From positions 36,276 to 68,275 of the forward strand of contig CAKTXA010000008.1 in assembly GCA_934631005.1 (NCBI GenBank): a stretch of 32,000 bases of DNA, given 5' to 3'. Below the pieces are notes generated by a model. It saw only the letters and a program-made list of their open reading frames with translations, did not search any database and was not told the origin of the DNA. Origin of the DNA: an uncultured Oscillospiraceae bacterium (GTDB taxonomy: Bacteria; Bacillota; Clostridia; Oscillospirales; Oscillospiraceae). Position 1 is the first letter of the stretch; each line of letters begins with the position of its first letter. A program made the translations under genes and the position numbers. Below are positions 1 to 7,647 of the stretch, piece after piece.

Positions 1-153
1 AGCCTGTGCGCCCCGGCGATGCTGCCGGATCTGCCGTATGTGCTCGTGAGCTGTGCGCTTTTCCTGCTGGTGTTCCTGCCGTTTCTGCGCTGGACGAAGC
101 TGCTCGGCCCGCAGGAGCGTTTATGGCTGCGGCAAATGCTCCAGCTGCCTTGA
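1..153 (+). CDS. 3' end of a gene continuing left of the window; C-terminal fragment of an integral membrane protein, family not assignable
   Basis: Frame 1 is open from the window edge to TGA at 151-153 (..LPYVLVSCALFLLVFLPFLRWTKLLGPQERLWLRQMLQLP*). It shows a hydrophobic helix then a basic tail, with G/C-rich third positions. The listed 6..206 ORF in another frame is Ala/Arg/Pro-rich and looks like a GC artefact. Confidence 0.35.
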   Translation, partial: SLCAPAMLPDLPYVLVSCALFLLVFLPFLRWTKLLGPQERLWLRQMLQLP

Positions 154-209
154 CTTTTCTGCCGCGTTCTCCTAAAATATTCTCAAAACCGAAGAGAGAA
201 GGCTGAACG

Positions 210-1232
210 ATGGCAACATTCCGCAACGATTATTCCGAGGGCGCGCATCCGCAGATCATGGACGCGCTCGTGCGCACGAATCCTGAGGCCACCTGCGGCT
301 ATGGCCGCGACGAATACTGTGCCCGCGCCGCGCAGGCCGTGCGCGCGCGCTTTGCCTGCCCGCAGGCGGACGTGCACTTTATGGTGGGCGGCACGGCGAC
401 GAATCAGGCGCTCATCGCCGCGGCGCTGCGCCCGTGGGAGGCCGTCATCGCCGCCGCGACGGGCCACATCAACGTCCACGAATCCGGTGCGATCGAGACA
501 TGCGGGCACAAGGTGCTCTCCGCTGCCGTGCCGGACGGCAAGCTGACGCCGGAGTCGGTGCGCGCGATCGCCGAAGCGCATCTGAACGGCGACGACGGGC
601 ACATGGTGGTGCCGCGGATGGTGTATGTGTCCGACGCCACGGAGCTCGGCACCATCTACACGAAGGCCGGGCTGACGGCGCTGCACGAGACGTGCCGCGC
701 GCTGGGGCTGTATCTGTACCTCGACGGCGCGCGCATGGCGCAGGCGCTGGCAGCGGTGGGCAACGACCTTGTGCCGGAGGACTTTGCACGGCTGTGCGAC
801 GCGTTTTACATCGGCGGCACGAAAAACGGCCTGCTGTTCGGCGAGGCGCTCGTGATCGTGAACGACGCCATCAAGCCCTACTACCGCAATGTGATGAAGC
901 AGCACGGCGCGATGCTCGCCAAGGGACGGCTGCTGGGCGTGCAGTTTGCGGCGTATTTTGAGGACGACCTCTGGCTTTCGCTGGGGCGGCACGCCGTAGA
1001 GCAGGCGCAGGCGCTGGCCGACGGGCTACGCACGAAGGGCTATCAGTTTTATGTAAACTCCCCGACGAATCAGATCTTCCCGATCTTCACCGACGCGCAG
1101 TACCGGGACGCGCAGACGCGCTTCGGCTGCGAGTTCACCGCGAAGGTCGACGCAGAGCACACCGCCGCGCGGTTCGTGACCTCGTGGGCGACCGCGCCCG
1201 AGGCTGTGCAGGAGGCGCTGGACGCGCTGTGA
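210..1232 (+). CDS. ltaE: PLP-dependent low-specificity L-threonine aldolase (beta-eliminating lyase family)
   Basis: 340-aa ORF with a family-typical N-terminus (FRNDYSEGAHPQIMDAL), GGTATNQ, and a GGTKNG lysine motif. A purine-rich SD (GAGAGAAGG) lies upstream. Size is typical of threonine aldolases. Confidence 0.75.
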   Translation: MATFRNDYSEGAHPQIMDALVRTNPEATCGYGRDEYCARAAQAVRARFACPQADVHFMVGGTATNQALIAAALRPWEAVIAAATGHINVHESGAIETCGHKVLSAAVPDGKLTPESVRAIAEAHLNGDDGHMVVPRMVYVSDATELGTIYTKAGLTALHETCRALGLYLYLDGARMAQALAAVGNDLVPEDFARLCDAFYIGGTKNGLLFGEALVIVNDAIKPYYRNVMKQHGAMLAKGRLLGVQFAAYFEDDLWLSLGRHAVEQAQALADGLRTKGYQFYVNSPTNQIFPIFTDAQYRDAQTRFGCEFTAKVDAEHTAARFVTSWATAPEAVQEALDAL

Positions 1233-1720
1233 TGCAGCAGCTTTCGCACCCGTTCCCGCCGCTGTATGACGATCGGTCGCGCATTTTGATCCTCGGCTCG
1301 TTCCCGTCGGTGAAGTCGCGCGAGACGGCGTTTTTCTACGGCCACCCGCAAAACCGCTTCTGGCGCGTGCTGGCGCGGCTGCTGGACGCGCCCGCGCCGC
1401 AGACGGTAGAAGAAAAATCCGCCCTGCTGCACACGCGCCACATCGCCCTGTGGGACGTGATCGCCAGCTGCCGCATCGAGGGCTCCAGCGACAGCAGCAT
1501 CCGGGATGCCGCGCCGAACGACCTGACGCCGATCCTGCACGCCGCGCCCATCCGGGCGGTGTTCTGCAACGGCGCGTCGTCGTATGTGCTCTATCAGAAG
1601 CATCAGGCAAAGGCCACCGGCCTTGCCGCCGTGCAGCTGCCGTCCACAAGTCCCGCAAACGCAGCGTGGGGCCTTGACCGCCTGACAGACGCGTGGCGCG
1701 TTATCCTCGAATATCTATAA
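1232..1720 (+). CDS. DNA-deoxyinosine (hypoxanthine) glycosylase, uracil-DNA glycosylase superfamily family 6
   Basis: In-frame ATG at 1232 overlaps the upstream TGA (ATGA coupling). Contains ILILGSFPSVKSRE..FFYGHPQNRFW, typical of this UDG family. 162 aa. Confidence 0.75.
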   Translation: MQQLSHPFPPLYDDRSRILILGSFPSVKSRETAFFYGHPQNRFWRVLARLLDAPAPQTVEEKSALLHTRHIALWDVIASCRIEGSSDSSIRDAAPNDLTPILHAAPIRAVFCNGASSYVLYQKHQAKATGLAAVQLPSTSPANAAWGLDRLTDAWRVILEYL

Positions 1721-1756
1721 AAATCGCCGCAGCCGGTTGGCTGCGGCGATTTTTTA
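1721..1756. terminator. Bidirectional intrinsic terminator between convergent genes
   Basis: Stem aatcgccgcagcc / ggctgcggcgatt with loop ggtt. Flanked by an A-run on the left and a T-run on the right. Lies between the stop at 1720 (+) and the stop at 1754 (-). Confidence 0.8.
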
Positions 1757-2857
1757 TTCCGGCTTCTGCAAGACCTGCGTCAGGCCGGTCTTGGCACTTT
1801 TCATCAACAGTGTGAGCGCCTGCGTGACGGCGCGGCGGGTGTCATCGTCGAGATTCTGATACGAGCGCACCATGCTCACAGCGCTGGAGAACCACTTCTC
1901 CCCCATCTCGTGCAGCGTGCGCGCGTGCGTCTCGGTCAGGATGCCGTACACGGCGTCCACGAACGCCTCGCGCTGCGCAAGGCTCATGTCTGCCAGCCAC
2001 GACTTGAGCGTAAGGTCGACGAAGCGGCTGCTGCTGTCCACCGTCTCCAGACACAAAAAGCCCTGCGGCGGCAGCACCTCCCAGGAGTACGTGTCGTGCT
2101 GCAGCAGGCCGCTCTGCGTGCTGTGCACGATGGTATACGCCTCCTCGTGCCCCAGGAGCATCCCCACGACCGACGACTGCGGCACATACGTGCGCACCCG
2201 CTCGCAGATGCGGCGGTAGCCGCCTTGCGCCAGCACGGTCTGGTCAAAGCCCGGGCCGTCATAGTTATAGACCGCGCGAATACGCGCCTGCACGCCCTCA
2301 CGGCAGAACGCCGCGGCGTAGACCGCAAGGTTGCCGCCCTTGGAGTGGCCCACGACATACAGCGGCGCGTCCGGTGTGCTGTCCGCGATGCTCTCCAGAT
2401 ACGAAACGGCGAGCGTCTGCGCCGGGACGGGGCAGACGACACCCATGTTGAGATCCTCTTTCCAGCCGATGAGCGTATTGTCCGTGCCGCGGAAGGAGAC
2501 GACGCGCGCACCGTCCGGGAGCCGGAACGTGACGGCAGAGAACTGCGTCTGCGTCTGCGCCTCCAGCTCGTCGGCGTAGCTGCCGACCGTGAGCTCGGCA
2601 AAGCGCCCACTAGCGCCCAGCGCCGCGATCAGACGCACATCATCCGCGCGCAGCACACTGTCCTGCAGATCCTCCAGCGCCGCGAATGCCTGCGCCGCGT
2701 CGGCCAGACGCATCTCCTGCCGGCCGCCCGGCGTCAGGATGCGCGCATATGGAAAATACGCCGCCCGCGCAAGGATCACGCCGTCCACCGCGTTCAGCGG
2801 GCGCTCCGAAAGCGTCAGATCGCCGCGCCAGTCGAGATAGGTAAATAAGTCCGCCAT
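1754..2857 (-). CDS. DUF2974 / Mbeg1-like alpha/beta-hydrolase (lipase-type serine hydrolase)
   Basis: Start chosen at MADLFTYLDWRGD (ATG 2857), preceded by GGAGGGAG 7 nt upstream. Nucleophile elbow VVGHSKGGNLAVYAA. The 497-aa ORF in the track extends upstream into the neighbouring gene and hairpin and is not credible there. Confidence 0.75.
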   Translation of the reverse strand: MADLFTYLDWRGDLTLSERPLNAVDGVILARAAYFPYARILTPGGRQEMRLADAAQAFAALEDLQDSVLRADDVRLIAALGASGRFAELTVGSYADELEAQTQTQFSAVTFRLPDGARVVSFRGTDNTLIGWKEDLNMGVVCPVPAQTLAVSYLESIADSTPDAPLYVVGHSKGGNLAVYAAAFCREGVQARIRAVYNYDGPGFDQTVLAQGGYRRICERVRTYVPQSSVVGMLLGHEEAYTIVHSTQSGLLQHDTYSWEVLPPQGFLCLETVDSSSRFVDLTLKSWLADMSLAQREAFVDAVYGILTETHARTLHEMGEKWFSSAVSMVRSYQNLDDDTRRAVTQALTLLMKSAKTGLTQVLQKPE

Positions 2858-2880
2858 GTCTGCTCCCTCCATTCCCAGAT

Positions 2881-2916
2881 CAGAATACTCTGCCGCAAGG
2901 GCGGCAGAGTATTCTG
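2881..2916 (-). terminator. Perfect 16-bp stem-loop between the TPM gene and the DUF2974 gene (terminator or processing/stability hairpin)
   Basis: cagaatactctgccgc-aagg-gcggcagagtattctg. There is no U-run on either side, so termination efficiency is uncertain. Confidence 0.45.
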
Positions 2917-2931
2917 GTGGTATGTATTCTC

Positions 2932-3714
2932 TTAGAACTTGCCGCTGCGGCCGCTGCCGCCGCCACCCGATTCGCTGGAGCTGCTGCTGGACAAGCTGCT
3001 TTCGATCTTGCGCTGGGACGTGCTGGTGTGCGTATACTGATCCTCCTGCAGCGTGAGCTTCAGGCCGGCTGCGCTGATGTAGCTGCCCGCCTCGGTCTTT
3101 TTGGAGACCGACTTCATCTTGCCGCACAGGATGCCGCAGACGATGCCGGCGATCAGGCACGCGATGGCGACCACGATGAGGATCGGCACGAGCTTGCTGG
3201 CCCGCACAGGCGAGCCTTGCGCCGCCAGCTCCAGATAGCGGCCGCACTCGCCTATGTAGCCCGAGAAGCCGCCGTACCAGTCGTTATCGCGGAAATAGCC
3301 GAGATAAGCATCCTCCAGCTTTTCCTGACCGTAGGCGTTAAAGGCGTACTCCGCCGTGGGGCCGTAGAAGAACGTTGCCCAGTCGCGCTCGCGCATGCTC
3401 AGCAGCAGCAAAGCGCCGCTGCGGTCCGCGCCCTCGCCGAGGGAGTACTGATGATAGATGCTGTAGGCCGCCTCATACGCGCCGCGCGTGTCGATGTCGG
3501 TGTAATCGTCCACCGTGACCACATACACGCCGCAGCCGTACTGCTGCGAAACGCTCTGCGCCATGCTCTCCAGCTCGTCGGCCTCCGACTGCGTCAAAAG
3601 GCCCGCCGAATCGGTGATATACGGCAGCTGCGCGCCGTCCGCCGCGAAGGCGAGCACCGTGAGGCCAAGCAGCAAAACGAGCGCCAGGAACAAACAAGTC
3701 AGTTTCCGTTTCAT
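2932..3714 (-). CDS. TPM-domain membrane protein (B. subtilis YdjH-like)
   Basis: Start at MKRKLTCLFLALVLLLGL (signal peptide), with SD GAGGGGG 7 nt upstream. TPM-like core (ITDSAGLLTQSEADELE..GVYVVTVDD). One C-terminal TM helix and a Ser/Gly-rich tail. 260 aa. Confidence 0.75.
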   Translation of the reverse strand: MKRKLTCLFLALVLLLGLTVLAFAADGAQLPYITDSAGLLTQSEADELESMAQSVSQQYGCGVYVVTVDDYTDIDTRGAYEAAYSIYHQYSLGEGADRSGALLLLSMRERDWATFFYGPTAEYAFNAYGQEKLEDAYLGYFRDNDWYGGFSGYIGECGRYLELAAQGSPVRASKLVPILIVVAIACLIAGIVCGILCGKMKSVSKKTEAGSYISAAGLKLTLQEDQYTHTSTSQRKIESSLSSSSSSESGGGGSGRSGKF

Positions 3715-3728
3715 TTCGCTACCCCCTC

Positions 3729-4835
3729 TCACAGAATGAATGCCAGACCGATCGCGCTGAGCGCGGCGGCGATGGCGAAGAATGTGCCCCAGAGCTTGCC
3801 GCGGTCCACGGGCAGGTCGCCCGCCATTTTGCCGGTCTGTCCGTTCAGGGCGAACAGGAAATCCTTGCCCTTCCACTTGGTGGTCAGCAGCCACACCGGC
3901 AGCAGCGCATAGTGCACCTTGCCGCGCTTGATGTGGAACTGCTGGCCGGTCTGCATGACCTCACCATAGCCGACGACCGTATCGCGCAGCGCCTGCTCCA
4001 GAGAGCCGGTGCAGCGCGTATCGGCGCGCTCGTGGCTGTCCTCTACCGACACGTCGTACTTATCCGCCAGAAAGCCCGGCAGATACGCCGTGGAGAAAGG
4101 CTTGAGCTCCTGATAGTCGAACGGCTCGATGGAGTCCATATGATCGTCCGGCATTTTGCTGGACGCGTCCACCGGCACCTTTTCAAACGCCAGCGAACCG
4201 GCGCGCTTCACGCGGAAGTGCTGCGTTTCGGTGGTCTCATAATCGCCGTGCCGGTAGCTGTGGCTGATCGTGGCGTGATACTGTGCGTCACCCTCCGCCT
4301 CGCCGTCAAACAGCCAGAACGGCACATACACGCCCTGGATCTCTTCGATGTGGTTGCCGGCGGTGAAGGTGCGCGGCAGGAAGGGCTTGCCCTTGTAGTG
4401 CTGCTTCAGCGCCTTGACGGCGTCGTCCTTCGTAAGCTTGAAGGGGATGACGAACTCCGGCCGCAGCATCCCGGAGAACTGCCCGGGCACGACTGTGGGG
4501 TTGCCGCAGTAGGGGCAGGAGGTGGCGGCGGTCGACTCGTCGCACACCAGCTCCGCGCCGCATGACGGGCAGTTATACGCGCGCATGGACGCCGCGTCTT
4601 TGCCCCAGTCGCCGTTCAGGGCCGACGTATCCCAGTCGCCCTCCTCTGCGGCCTGCTTTTCGGCCTGCTGCTTGACAGCGGCGGCCTGCTTTTCCTTTTC
4701 AGCATAGAGCTTTTCGACCTCAGCGATGTCATACGCCGAGCCGCAGTATTCGCACTCCAGCTTGCCGGACGCCGCCGAGAAATGCAGCGGGCCGGTACAC
4801 GCCGGGCACTGGTAATTGGTTACTTGATCTGCCAT
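3729..4835 (-). CDS. Membrane-anchored protein with two CxxC..CxxC zinc-ribbons (B. subtilis YdjG-like)
   Basis: SD AAGGAGAG 6 nt upstream of the ATG. Ribbon 1 is YQCPACTG..CEYCGS and ribbon 2 is YNCPSCGA..CPYCGN. C-terminal TM helix FFAIAAALSAIGLAFIL. Confidence 0.7.
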   Translation of the reverse strand: MADQVTNYQCPACTGPLHFSAASGKLECEYCGSAYDIAEVEKLYAEKEKQAAAVKQQAEKQAAEEGDWDTSALNGDWGKDAASMRAYNCPSCGAELVCDESTAATSCPYCGNPTVVPGQFSGMLRPEFVIPFKLTKDDAVKALKQHYKGKPFLPRTFTAGNHIEEIQGVYVPFWLFDGEAEGDAQYHATISHSYRHGDYETTETQHFRVKRAGSLAFEKVPVDASSKMPDDHMDSIEPFDYQELKPFSTAYLPGFLADKYDVSVEDSHERADTRCTGSLEQALRDTVVGYGEVMQTGQQFHIKRGKVHYALLPVWLLTTKWKGKDFLFALNGQTGKMAGDLPVDRGKLWGTFFAIAAALSAIGLAFIL

Positions 4836-4859
4836 CTCGTTCTCTCCTTTTCCGGTCCG

Positions 4860-6188
4860 TCAGCGGATGAGATCCCCGTCGTCAAACGGGTCGCCGCATT
4901 CGGGGCAGAATTTGGGCGGATGGGCGGGATCCTTTGGCTCCCAGCCGCACTTGTCGCAGCGGTACTGCGGGACGCCCGCGGGCTTGGGCTTGCCGCATTC
5001 GGCACAGAACCTTCCCTTGTTCACCGCGCCGCAGCTGCACGTCCAGCCGTCCGCCGCGGGCTTCGGCCTTCCGCACTCGGCGCAGAAGCGGCCGGTGTTG
5101 CCCGCATGGCCGCACGCGCACGTCCAGCCGCCTGCCGGCGCCGCCGCAGGTGCGGGCGCGGGCTGCGCCGCCTGCTGCTGCGCGCCCATCTGATACAGGC
5201 TCTGTGCGTTCATGCCGCCCATCTGGCCCGCCATGTTCATGCCCATAAAGGCCATCGCGGGGCCTGCGCCCTGATTGGCCGCCGCCGCCTGCATCGCCGC
5301 CGCCTGCGCGCCCACCATGTGCGCCGCCGCGCGCGTGGGATCCATGAATGCCGCGTTGCGCTGCATCTCCTTGAGCATCTTTTCGTCCTCTTCGTTCGCC
5401 TTCACGGACGAAACGCCGAACGACACGATCTCAAGGCCGCGCAGCTTGCGCCACTTGGCTGACAGCACCTCATTGAGCGCGTCCGCCATCTCCATCGTAT
5501 GACCGGGCAGTGCCGAATAGCGGATGCCCATGTCGGAGATCCTCGCAAACGCGGGCTGAAGCGCGGTCAGCAGCTCCGTCTTCAGCTGCCCGTCCAGCCG
5601 CTCCCGCGCAAATTCATCCGTCACGTTGCCGCAGACGTTCGTGTAGAACAGGATGGGGTCGCAGATGCGGTAGCTGTATTCGCCGAAGCAGCGGATGGCG
5701 ATGTCGATGTCAATGCCCGCACGCTGGTCGACCACGCGGAACGGAACGGGGCTGGGCGTGCCGTATTTGTTGCCGATCAGCTCCTTGGTGTTGAGGTAGT
5801 AGATGCGCTGATCCTTGGGCGCTTCGCCGCCGAAGGTAAAGCGCTTGCCGATGTTTTTGAACGTGTCCAGAATGCTCTGGCCGAGCTGGCCGGAGAAGAT
5901 GGACGGCTCGGTCGAGCTGTCATACACAAACTCGCCGGGTTCTGCGCACAGCTCCGTGACCTTGCCCTGATCGACGAGGATCATGCACTGCCCGTCGGCC
6001 ACGGCGATGACGGAGCCGTTCGTGATGATATTTTCGCTGCCCTTGTAGTTGCTGCTGCGCCCGGAAACGCGGTGCAGACCCTTGACCGCCATCACGTTCT
6101 CCGGAATGGATTCACAGTAAAAATACTCCTTCCACTGGTCGGCCAGCACGCCGCCCGCCGCGCCCAATGCCGCTTTGATCAGTCCCAT
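4860..6188 (-). CDS. SPFH/Band-7-like protein of the YdjI (virion-core-protein-like) family with three C-terminal zinc-ribbons
   Basis: N-terminus MGLIKAALGAAGGVLADQWKEYF, typical of this family. SD AAGGAGA 7 nt upstream. An Ala/Gln/Met/Gly-rich linker is followed by 3 CxxCG..FCxECG repeats. Confidence 0.8.
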   Translation of the reverse strand: MGLIKAALGAAGGVLADQWKEYFYCESIPENVMAVKGLHRVSGRSSNYKGSENIITNGSVIAVADGQCMILVDQGKVTELCAEPGEFVYDSSTEPSIFSGQLGQSILDTFKNIGKRFTFGGEAPKDQRIYYLNTKELIGNKYGTPSPVPFRVVDQRAGIDIDIAIRCFGEYSYRICDPILFYTNVCGNVTDEFARERLDGQLKTELLTALQPAFARISDMGIRYSALPGHTMEMADALNEVLSAKWRKLRGLEIVSFGVSSVKANEEDEKMLKEMQRNAAFMDPTRAAAHMVGAQAAAMQAAAANQGAGPAMAFMGMNMAGQMGGMNAQSLYQMGAQQQAAQPAPAPAAAPAGGWTCACGHAGNTGRFCAECGRPKPAADGWTCSCGAVNKGRFCAECGKPKPAGVPQYRCDKCGWEPKDPAHPPKFCPECGDPFDDGDLIR

Positions 6189-6294
6189 AGCAAGATCTCC
6201 TTTTCTGTTCGTGTAATTGGTATCCTATATTCTCTCTGCGCGGCACGCGCCGCGCTGTATAACGGTATGATGCCGGAGGCAAAAACTTGCCCGC

Positions 6295-7503
6295 TCAGAC
6301 GCTCGCAGCCGTCCGGTCGATGGACAGCAGCAGCTCGTCGATCGGATAGTCGCCGCGGAAGATGCGCTGCAAAAAGACGCACAGCGAGCCGTAGAGCGGC
6401 GCGATGTCCTCAAATGTGGAGCGCAGAATGCGCAGCTCCCGGTCCATCAGGTGCACGGCGATGCCGGTCGATTCGATATGCCCCTGCATGCTTGCGATCA
6501 GCTCATCGGGCAGGAAGAACGCGTCGTGCCCCAGCACGACCGTGGGGACGTTGATGAGGTTGAGGTAGTTGTTGATGCCGTAGCCCAGGCGGCGCAGGGC
6601 GTTATAGAGCGTGGTGTACGCCGTGCGGTTCTCCGCCGCCAGCGCCACCGCCTGCCGCATGGTGGAAAGCTGCACGCCGCAGTCCTGCCGGATGCTCTGC
6701 AGAATGCGCGGCGTGCTGACATATAGCTCCAGGCACCCGTTGTTGCCGCAGGTGCACTGCGGGCCGTTGCAGTTGATGGACATATGGCCCATTTCGCCGT
6801 GGCTCTCGAACAGCTCGCGGTTTGAGATGAGCGCCGCGCCCACACCGTTCGTGATGCCGACGTAGAGGAAGTTGTCCTCCTCCCGGCCCACGCCGAAATG
6901 CAGCTCACACAGCCCCGCCGCCTGCATATCGTTGGCGACGTAGACGGGATACGGAAAATGCTCCCGCAGGAAATCGGCGACCGGCAGCTTTTCGATACCG
7001 TAAAAGCTCGTGATATAGGCGATGCTGCCGCTCTCGGGGTTGACCGCACCCACGGTGGCCACGCCCAGGCCGCAGATGGTGCGCTCGCAGCGGTCGGTCA
7101 GCGTCTGCACAAGGCGGCGCAGCTTTTCCAGCACCGTCTGCTCCGATTCGACCTCGCCCAGCGCGACCTCCTCGCGGTCGAGCAGGTGCATGGAGAAATC
7201 GCCCACCGCGCCGTAGATCCAGCAGCGGGAGATGAATATGCCCAGAATGACCGGCGCCTGCGCACACACGCGCAGCACCATCGGCGTGCGCCCCGGCAGC
7301 TTGAGATGCTCCTCCGGCGGCAGCTCCTCGATCAGGTTTTTGCTGAGAAATTCGTTGACGATGTTCGTGACCGTCATCTGCGACAGCCGCGAACGCGCCG
7401 CCAGCTCACTGCGCGTGATCTGACCGGCGGTGCAGATCATCTGCAGGATGAGCGCGCGGTTGTTCTCCTTGATCCCGCTCAGGTTCAGTCCTGATTTTCG
7501 CAT
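6295..7503 (-). CDS. ROK-family transcriptional regulator (N-terminal wHTH plus sugar-kinase-like domain)
   Basis: N-terminal HTH (ITRSELAARSRLSQMTVTNIVNEF), a glycine-rich ATPase-fold motif, and the ROK zinc motif CTCGNNGCLE. Confidence 0.85.
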   Translation of the reverse strand: MRKSGLNLSGIKENNRALILQMICTAGQITRSELAARSRLSQMTVTNIVNEFLSKNLIEELPPEEHLKLPGRTPMVLRVCAQAPVILGIFISRCWIYGAVGDFSMHLLDREEVALGEVESEQTVLEKLRRLVQTLTDRCERTICGLGVATVGAVNPESGSIAYITSFYGIEKLPVADFLREHFPYPVYVANDMQAAGLCELHFGVGREEDNFLYVGITNGVGAALISNRELFESHGEMGHMSINCNGPQCTCGNNGCLELYVSTPRILQSIRQDCGVQLSTMRQAVALAAENRTAYTTLYNALRRLGYGINNYLNLINVPTVVLGHDAFFLPDELIASMQGHIESTGIAVHLMDRELRILRSTFEDIAPLYGSLCVFLQRIFRGDYPIDELLLSIDRTAASV

Positions 7504-7542
7504 AATTCCCTGTTTCCTTCTGTATCTCCTATATTTAGTCTC

Positions 7543-7571
7543 AGTATACCATATTCCGCCGCCATGTGCTA
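7543..7571 (-). promoter_or_regulatory. Candidate promoter of the ROK gene
   Basis: On the minus strand: TAGCAC - 17 nt - TATACT, preceded by TGg (extended -10). The -35 element is weak. Confidence 0.35.
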
Positions 7572-7600
7572 GTCTAAAACGTCATTTCGCCGCAAAACGG

Positions 7601-7637
7601 CAAAAAATCCGCCGGAGCTGCCCTGCTCCGGCGGATG
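7601..7637 (-). terminator. Intrinsic terminator of citrate synthase
   Basis: Minus strand: stem atccgccggagc / gctccggcggat followed by TTTTTT, starting about 10 nt after the stop at 7648. Confidence 0.8.
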
Positions 7638-7647
7638 GTCTTGCAGT

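Noticed and set aside
6-206. 66-aa ORF at the left edge
   Set aside because: It has Ala/Arg/Pro-rich composition. The alternative frame 1 gives a plausible TM-helix C-terminus ending at 153, so the region is better explained as the tail of the upstream gene plus an intergenic segment.
2858-3247. N-terminal extension of the DUF2974 ORF to 497 aa
   Set aside because: The extension overlaps the TPM gene and the 16-bp hairpin and has junk-like composition. The internal ATG at 2857 has a strong GGAGGGAG SD and gives the family-typical N-terminus.
4890-5130. Repetitive DNA that might be a CRISPR array or mobile-element repeat
   Set aside because: The repeats are in-frame codons for three zinc-ribbon modules inside a continuous ORF. 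The spacing and degeneracy are those of protein repeats.
6238-6255. GC hairpin gcgcggc-acgc-gccgcgc between the ROK gene and the SPFH gene as a terminator
   Set aside because: The stem is only 7 bp, with no U-tract on the transcribed strand. I also could not identify a convincing -35/-10 pair for the SPFH gene, so read-through from the ROK gene cannot be excluded. I left this unannotated.
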